Source of the DNA: Alphaproteobacteria bacterium GM202ARS2
Lineage (GTDB): Bacteria > Pseudomonadota > Alphaproteobacteria > GM7ARS4
NCBI GenBank assembly: GCA_014323835.1
Contig: JACONH010000001.1
Location: 91,009-155,008, forward strand
Direction: 5' to 3'
DNA length: 64,000 bases
Shown here: piece by piece, positions 58,720-64,000 of the stretch
Position numbering within the stretch: the first letter of the stretch is position 1
How the letters are laid out: each line of letters starts with the position of its first letter
Notes under the pieces: model-generated
What the model saw: only the letters and a program-made list of their open reading frames with translations
What the model was told of the DNA's origin: nothing
Databases searched by the model: none
Position numbers and translations under genes: made by a program

Positions 58720-60149
58720 CAACAGGGACGATTTACCCCGTTATTCTGTGTGGTGGACAAGGCACGCGCCTGTGGCCCCTGTCTCGTTACAATCATCCCA
58801 AGCAGTTCCTTGCTCTGTATACGGACGTAGCCCTGATTGTCGAGACCGCCCGGCGTTTTACCTCCGCGGCTTATGCTCCTTTGACCTTTGTTTGTCACCA
58901 AGAGCACCATGGCTTGCTGATAGCCACGCTCAAAGAGCATCTCACGGGTGCGCGTATCCTTCTCGAGCCTGTCGCTCGCAATACCGCGGCGGCGATTGCC
59001 GTTGCCACCCTTGCTCTTCAGCAAGCCCTTGACCCAAGCGATGACTCGACTCTTGTGTTCATGCCTGCAGACCATGTTTTTCCGCACCCAGCCCCGTTGC
59101 ATGATGCTATCAAAAAAGCCCAAGCCATCGCTGCCCACGACCATATTGTGACCTTTGGTATCACGCCCGATTCACCGCAGACGGGCTATGGTTACATTCA
59201 AAAAGGCACGCCCGTAAACAACCACCCAGCGAGCTATCACATCCAGCAGTTCCATGAGAAGCCGTCTCACGCCCAAGCTGACGCCTATATCGCCAGCCAA
59301 GATTTTTTCTGGAATTCGGGCCTTTTTTGTGCACGCCCCGCCACACTTGTGCGGGAATTCCAGCAGCATGCCCCTGATACGCTACGTCATGCCGAGCAAA
59401 GCCTAAAACAAGCAACGACACACCAAAACACGTATACCCTTGCCAAAGACCCTTACGGCTGTATCTCGCCCCAGCCCTTCGACCAAGCCGTCATGGAAAA
59501 AACCAGCAAGGGAGTCGTCATACCCCTTGACACCCCATGGAGCGACATCGGCGACTGGCAAAGCCTCTGGCAGATGAAACAAAAAGACCCACAGGGTAAC
59601 GTCCTGAAAGGACACACAACCGCCTCTGATACCCAAAACAGCCTCATTTACAGCACAGACAATAAACGCACGGTCGCTATCGGCATCAAAGACACCGTCA
59701 TCGTCAACAGCGACGATGCCGTTCTCGTCGCCAAAACGTCCATGACGCACCACATCAAGCCCCTTCTCGACAGCTTAACCGACAACAAGCAGTCGTACCT
59801 ACAGGCAAAAGAAGACCACAGACCATGGGGGTCGTATCGAATCATCGACCAAGGAGAAGGCTATCTCGTCAAACATATTACAGTCCATCCCAACGGGATT
59901 TTGTCGCTCCAATACCACCACCACCGCAGCGAGCACTGGACCGTCGTGCAAGGCGTTGCCTTCGTCACTCGAGAGGACGAAACCTTCCAACTCCGTGCCA
60001 ATCAATCCACCTATATTCCCCAGAAAGCCAAACATCGACTCGAAAACCGCAGCAAAAAAACCCTCAAACTCATCGAAGTGCAAATCGGCAAACACCTACG
60101 AGAAGATGATATTGTCCGCCTCGATGATGTCTATGGACGAGCAAAATAA
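58716..60149 (+). CDS. manC: Mannose-1-phosphate guanylyltransferase / mannose-6-phosphate isomerase (bifunctional ManC/CpsB type)
   Basis: IYPVILCGGQGTRLWPLSR nucleotidyltransferase N-terminus and C-terminal cupin; 477 aa. Confidence 0.9.
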   Translation: MTTGTIYPVILCGGQGTRLWPLSRYNHPKQFLALYTDVALIVETARRFTSAAYAPLTFVCHQEHHGLLIATLKEHLTGARILLEPVARNTAAAIAVATLALQQALDPSDDSTLVFMPADHVFPHPAPLHDAIKKAQAIAAHDHIVTFGITPDSPQTGYGYIQKGTPVNNHPASYHIQQFHEKPSHAQADAYIASQDFFWNSGLFCARPATLVREFQQHAPDTLRHAEQSLKQATTHQNTYTLAKDPYGCISPQPFDQAVMEKTSKGVVIPLDTPWSDIGDWQSLWQMKQKDPQGNVLKGHTTASDTQNSLIYSTDNKRTVAIGIKDTVIVNSDDAVLVAKTSMTHHIKPLLDSLTDNKQSYLQAKEDHRPWGSYRIIDQGEGYLVKHITVHPNGILSLQYHHHRSEHWTVVQGVAFVTREDETFQLRANQSTYIPQKAKHRLENRSKKTLKLIEVQIGKHLREDDIVRLDDVYGRAK

Positions 60150-60152
60150 AAA

Positions 60153-60374
60153 ATGTTTCACGTGAAACATCGCGCATAAAAAAAATTGTTTCGCGCGAAA
60201 CATCGCGCATAAAAAAAATTGTTTCACGTGAAACATTGTGACAGAAAAAAAATTGTTTCTCGTGAAACATTTTGACAGGACAATAAAAATTGTTTCACGT
60301 GAAACATCGCGCGTAAAAAAAATTGTTTCTCGTGAAACATCGCGCATAAAAAAAAATTGTTTCACGTGAAACAT
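60153..60374. repeat. Seven tandem units (period 33-37 bp) of the 18-bp palindrome [A/T]TGTTTC[A/G/T]CG[T/C]GAAACAT plus an A7-9-containing spacer. They fill the whole manC-fcl intergenic region
   Basis: Unit starts 60153, 60186, 60219, 60253, 60290, 60323, 60357. The palindrome is perfect in copies 1, 3, 5 and 7. Copy 2 has a CGCGCG centre. Copies 4 and 6 have CTCGTG. The spacers are CGCGCAT-A(n)-T or T(G)TGACAG-A(n). Confidence 0.95.
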
Positions 60375-60395
60375 TTTGACGGGAGAAGTTTGGGC

Positions 60396-61355
60396 ATGTC
60401 AGCTGAACCATATAGTCTTGCGGGCAAGCGTCTGTGGGTTGCGGGTCATACCGGCATGGTCGGTGCGTCTCTTGTGCGTCGTTTGCAGCGTGAGGATGTT
60501 GAGATTTTAACGGCGACCCGTCAGCAGTTGGATTTGACGTGCCAGCGTGATGTCGAGCAGTGGATAGGTGACAACAAACCGGATGGTATTTTTCTTGCGG
60601 CGGCGAAGGTTGGTGGTATTCATGCCAACGATACGTTGCCTGCTCAGTTTTTGTATGACAATCTTGCTATTCAGAGTAACGTTATTCATTCTGCTTATCG
60701 TCATGGTGTTGCTCGGTTGCTTTTTCTTGGTTCTTCGTGCATTTATCCTCGTGCTTGTCCGCAACCGATGCGAGAGGAGCATCTTTTAACGGGGCCCCTT
60801 GAGGCGACCAATCAGTGGTATGCCATTGCCAAGATTGCCGGTTTGAAGTTATGTCAAGCGTATAGCAAGCAATATGGCTGTTCTTATATTGCGACGATGC
60901 CGACCAATCTTTATGGGCCTGGTGACAACTATCATCCGTTGCATAGTCATGTGCCGGCGGCGTTGCTTCGGCGGTTCCATGAAGCCAAGCAGGCGCAAGC
61001 GGCGCGGGTTGTCGTCTGGGGTAGCGGCAAGCCCTTACGAGAATTTCTGCATGTGGATGATTTAGCCGAGGCGTGCATCTTTTTGATGAAGCAGACTGCT
61101 CATGCTGAGCCGGTCAACATTGGCACGGGTAAAGAAATATCGATTCGAGCCTTTGCCGAGACAGTGGCGCGTATTGTTGGTTATAGTGGTTCTATCGAGT
61201 TTGATAACACGAAGCCTGATGGCTCGCCGCGCAAGTTACTCGATGTCAGCCGTATGCGCGCCCTCGGCTGGACAAGCACCATAGACCTGCAAGACGGCTT
61301 GCAAAATGCTTATCAGTGGTTCATAGATAATCAAGACACTTTACGTAGCGTATAA
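60396..61355 (+). CDS. fcl: GDP-L-fucose synthase (GDP-4-keto-6-deoxymannose 3,5-epimerase/4-reductase)
   Basis: The start MSAEPYSLAGKRLWVAGHTGMVGAS has putative RBS GGGAGAAG upstream. SDR fold with conserved YxxxK (WYAIAK). The upstream part of the listed ORF (60357-) runs through the repeats. Confidence 0.9.
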   Translation: MSAEPYSLAGKRLWVAGHTGMVGASLVRRLQREDVEILTATRQQLDLTCQRDVEQWIGDNKPDGIFLAAAKVGGIHANDTLPAQFLYDNLAIQSNVIHSAYRHGVARLLFLGSSCIYPRACPQPMREEHLLTGPLEATNQWYAIAKIAGLKLCQAYSKQYGCSYIATMPTNLYGPGDNYHPLHSHVPAALLRRFHEAKQAQAARVVVWGSGKPLREFLHVDDLAEACIFLMKQTAHAEPVNIGTGKEISIRAFAETVARIVGYSGSIEFDNTKPDGSPRKLLDVSRMRALGWTSTIDLQDGLQNAYQWFIDNQDTLRSV

Positions 61356-61358
61356 GCC

Positions 61359-62393
61359 ATGAAAACAGCTCTTATTACCGGCATCACGGGGCAGGATGGT
61401 GCTTATCTTGCCGAGTTTCTTCTGAATAAAAACTATCGAGTCCACGGCATCAAAAGGCGGTCATCTTCGTTCAATACGGGCCGTATCGACCATCTCTATA
61501 AGGATTTACATAACAAAAACGTCGACTTTGTGCTTCACCACGGCGATATGACGGACGCAACCAACCTGATTCGTCTGGTGCAGGAGACTCAACCTGACGA
61601 AATCTATAATCTTGCTGCCCAGAGTCACGTCCACGTCAGCTTCGAGACCCCCGAGTATACGGCTCAAGCGGATGCTTTAGGCACGTTGCGGTTGTTGGAA
61701 GCCGTACGTATTCTCGACAGGACGCAGAATCTGCGGTTCTATCAAGCCTCCACGTCAGAAATGTATGGCAATCCCAGCCAAACGCCACAAAACGAACAAA
61801 CGCCTTTTTATCCGCGCTCGCCTTACGGGGCTGCCAAACTGTATGCTTATTGGATCACCGTCAACTACCGCGAGGCTTACGGCATGCACGCCTCCAATGG
61901 TATTCTCTTTAACCACGAAAGTCCGATTCGAGGCGAGACGTTCGTTACCCGCAAGATTACCCGTGCGGTTGCTTCGATTCACCATAACAAACAAGAGTGT
62001 TTGTGGCTCGGCAACATTGACGCCAAAAGAGATTGGGGACACGCCAAAGAATATGCTGAGGGGATGTGGCTGATGCTCCAGCAGGATACGCCCGACGACT
62101 ATGTTCTTGCCACCGGGCAGATGTATGCCGTCAGGCAGTTCATCGAGTGTGCTTTTGCCGAAATCGGACAAAAAATAACGTGGCAGGGACAAGGCAAAAA
62201 TGAAGTCGGCATCGATACGAACAGCGGCACCACTCGAGTGCGTATCGACCCACGCTATTTTCGCCCGACAGAAATCGATACCCTGTGCGGCGACGCCAGT
62301 AAAGCACGCAAAAAACTCAACTGGCACCCTAAAACCACCTTCGAGCAACTCGTCAAAGAAATGGTGCATGCCGATATAAAAAATCTATCATGA
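61359..62393 (+). CDS. gmd: GDP-mannose 4,6-dehydratase
   Basis: [22 protein letters not shown]...ASTSEMYG...[10 protein letters not shown], a canonical Gmd. Confidence 0.93.
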   Translation: MKTALITGITGQDGAYLAEFLLNKNYRVHGIKRRSSSFNTGRIDHLYKDLHNKNVDFVLHHGDMTDATNLIRLVQETQPDEIYNLAAQSHVHVSFETPEYTAQADALGTLRLLEAVRILDRTQNLRFYQASTSEMYGNPSQTPQNEQTPFYPRSPYGAAKLYAYWITVNYREAYGMHASNGILFNHESPIRGETFVTRKITRAVASIHHNKQECLWLGNIDAKRDWGHAKEYAEGMWLMLQQDTPDDYVLATGQMYAVRQFIECAFAEIGQKITWQGQGKNEVGIDTNSGTTRVRIDPRYFRPTEIDTLCGDASKARKKLNWHPKTTFEQLVKEMVHADIKNLS

Positions 62394-63538
62394 AGGAAGA
62401 CTCACCATCACAGAAGCTCGCTGCCCTCATGTTTTTTCACCGTCAAACGCCCAAAAAGAAAGTTTGCCTTGTGACTGACTCGTATTGTTATGCCTTGCAC
62501 CGACAGACGCCCAACAATGATGGGGTATGGAAGACGATTCGGGTCTCGTTCAATAACGAGAAAGGTTGCTCGTGGCTATGCGTCTATGATACAAACCAAC
62601 CTTCTTACTGGCTCACCACGATCCCGAAGCATCGCCGTATTCTTGTTATCATAGAACCAAAAGAGATTTTTCACTATTCACCCTCTTGTCTGGCTCAATA
62701 CGGCACTGTTATCAGCCCTTACCCTCGCCCCTCTTCTTACAAGGGACAGTGGCTCAATAAGCCCATCTTATTTCCTTGGATCTATGGCTATAAAGAATAT
62801 GAGCCCCTCTCTGAGACGATGCTATGGCAGGGAATCTGCCAAAGCAAACCCCACAAAACAAAAACCCTATCGGTCATATTCTCGAAAAAATCCCATAGCC
62901 CAATGCAAGTCAAACGCACACAATTCATCCAAGCTTTGAAGCAAGAACTCGGCAACCAGCTGGATATATTTGGCAGAAATAACACCTACATCCCTAAAGA
63001 GAAGGGGATTGACCCCTATCGCTATCATCTCGTTATAGAAAATGGAACGGGACCCCATTTTTGGAGCGAAAAACTGGCGGATTGTTATCTTGGCGAAGCT
63101 TATGCCATCCACGCCGGCTGTTCCAACCTACACGATTACTTTCCTCGCGAGGCGTATACGTCCATCGATATTTTTAATGTCCCGTCAGCCATTCAAAAAA
63201 TTAAAGAGGTCATTGCTTCTGACGTGTGGCAAAAAAATCGACCCCATATCCTCGAAGCCAAACGGCGCGTTATGGAAAACAACCAACTCTTTCCTGTGTT
63301 AGAGAGCATTATCCGGTCGGCACCTCAAAGCCCCGAAAGCCCCGACGACCGCCCCCTCCCTCAGCCCGTTGCCCTAGAGACATGTGTCTCGTTACTAAAA
63401 ATGCCTCTATTCTACCCTTCTAAAAAGCCACGCCCTCAAAAATACTTTTCCCTCAGCTATGCGAGACGCAGACTCTCGACCATACGGAACAGCATCACAA
63501 AGCGTCTGCCTTTCTTTAATGGCAAGGACAGCGTGTAA
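62390..63538 (+). CDS. GT10-like alpha-1,3/4-fucosyltransferase-family glycosyltransferase, paralogue A
   Basis: [36 protein letters not shown] resembles the GT10 FucT motif (Y-x-[LV]-x-[FI]-EN-[SG]-x3-[FY]-x-[ST]-EK). ATGA overlap with gmd. Confidence 0.6.
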   Translation: MKEDSPSQKLAALMFFHRQTPKKKVCLVTDSYCYALHRQTPNNDGVWKTIRVSFNNEKGCSWLCVYDTNQPSYWLTTIPKHRRILVIIEPKEIFHYSPSCLAQYGTVISPYPRPSSYKGQWLNKPILFPWIYGYKEYEPLSETMLWQGICQSKPHKTKTLSVIFSKKSHSPMQVKRTQFIQALKQELGNQLDIFGRNNTYIPKEKGIDPYRYHLVIENGTGPHFWSEKLADCYLGEAYAIHAGCSNLHDYFPREAYTSIDIFNVPSAIQKIKEVIASDVWQKNRPHILEAKRRVMENNQLFPVLESIIRSAPQSPESPDDRPLPQPVALETCVSLLKMPLFYPSKKPRPQKYFSLSYARRRLSTIRNSITKRLPFFNGKDSV

Positions 63539-63620
63539 CCCAATAATGAACATCGTTGCCTTTCTCAAAGAAATCGTCTATCACATCCTACCATTGAGGT
63601 ATTGAAAAGTCCAACCCACC

Positions 63621-64000
63621 ATGTCCAAACGCCATCAGCCCAGACGTATCGATGTCTGTCTTGCCTCTTTGTATATCTATGATGCGTGGCACCGCCAAAC
63701 GCCCAACGATGACTATATCTGGGGCTCGACACATTTTTCCTTCAATAACGAGAAAGGGTGTTCGTGGTTGTGTGTTTTTGGCGAGCCCCCCGAGGACTGG
63801 CGCACAATAATTCCTCACCCTCGTCGTATCGCCATCATCGCCGAACCCCCATCGATCGAAACATACGTCGGTGGCTATCTCAACCAATTTGGTATCGTTA
63901 TAAGTCCTTATAAAAAACCTTTATCCTATCGAGGCCAGTGGCACCGCTCGCCACCTTACATATCTTGGTATTACGGCTTGAAGAGGAGCAACCCAGAGAA
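63621..64000 (+). CDS. GT10-like fucosyltransferase-family glycosyltransferase, paralogue B (N-terminal part; continues past the window end)
   Basis: The N-terminal ~125 aa are clearly paralogous to 62390-63538 (HRQTPN[ND]D..W....[13 protein letters not shown]...IP.HRRI.II.EP...GQW). Confidence 0.55.
   Translation, partial: MSKRHQPRRIDVCLASLYIYDAWHRQTPNDDYIWGSTHFSFNNEKGCSWLCVFGEPPEDWRTIIPHPRRIAIIAEPPSIETYVGGYLNQFGIVISPYKKPLSYRGQWHRSPPYISWYYGLKRSNPE

Noticed and set aside
58623-59144. 173-aa minus-strand ORF inside manC, and 45963-46601 minus ORF inside glmM
   Set aside because: Both are antisense to well-supported enzymes, with no start signals and no recognisable domains.
60153-60374. Possible CRISPR array (regular repeat-spacer periodicity)
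   Set aside because: The repeats are 18-bp palindromes. The 'spacers' are 15-19 bp, A-tract-rich and nearly identical to each other. No cas genes are nearby. The period of 33-37 bp is far too short for a CRISPR array.

Overview
Most of this 64-kb window is bacterial core genome, apparently Gram-negative. The gene order is consistent with an alphaproteobacterium-like layout, but I do not make a firm taxonomic call.

Positions 1 to about 27,155 are one long minus-strand block of translation and transcription genes. Reading 5'->3' on that strand:
- tRNA-Gly(UCC), tuf, tRNA-Trp, secE, nusG
- rplK, rplA, rplJ, rplL
- rpoB and rpoC
- rpsL, rpsG, fusA
- the S10 operon (rpsJ to rpsQ)
- the spc operon, ending with rplO and the start of secY

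fusA runs straight into rpsJ, so tuf is present once, in the tufB-type position. Many of the ribosomal proteins, and the RNA polymerase subunits beta and beta', carry long low-complexity acidic or Ser/Thr/Lys-rich terminal extensions.

Between tRNA-Gly and tRNA-Tyr lies a small accessory islet. It holds a ybaN-like gene, a SOUL haem-binding protein gene and a MipA/OmpV gene. It also holds an AT-rich Mrr-like restriction endonuclease gene that is broken by a frameshift in an A8 run and abuts the 3' end of tRNA-Tyr.

After that come:
- three tandem OFA-family major facilitator superfamily (MFS) transporter paralogues
- smpB and dapA
- a large lytic transglycosylase, a TPR-SPOR lipoprotein, tilS, ftsH, folP, glmM, thiD and convergent thiC
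- a His-rich secreted protein with an 18-bp perfect palindrome upstream
- tupCB
- a hisZ-like gene, serC and an SLC13/TrkA-C transporter
- tupA

The window ends with a GDP-fucose and fucosylation island. This contains a GT11 alpha-1,2-fucosyltransferase-like gene, manC, fcl, gmd and two GT10-like paralogues. Its manC-fcl spacer is built entirely from seven tandem units of an 18-bp palindrome (ATGTTTCACGTGAAACAT) separated by A-tracts. Two further isolated perfect copies of the same palindrome sit next to tRNA-Gly/tuf.

I found no rRNA genes, CRISPR arrays, integrases or transposases.
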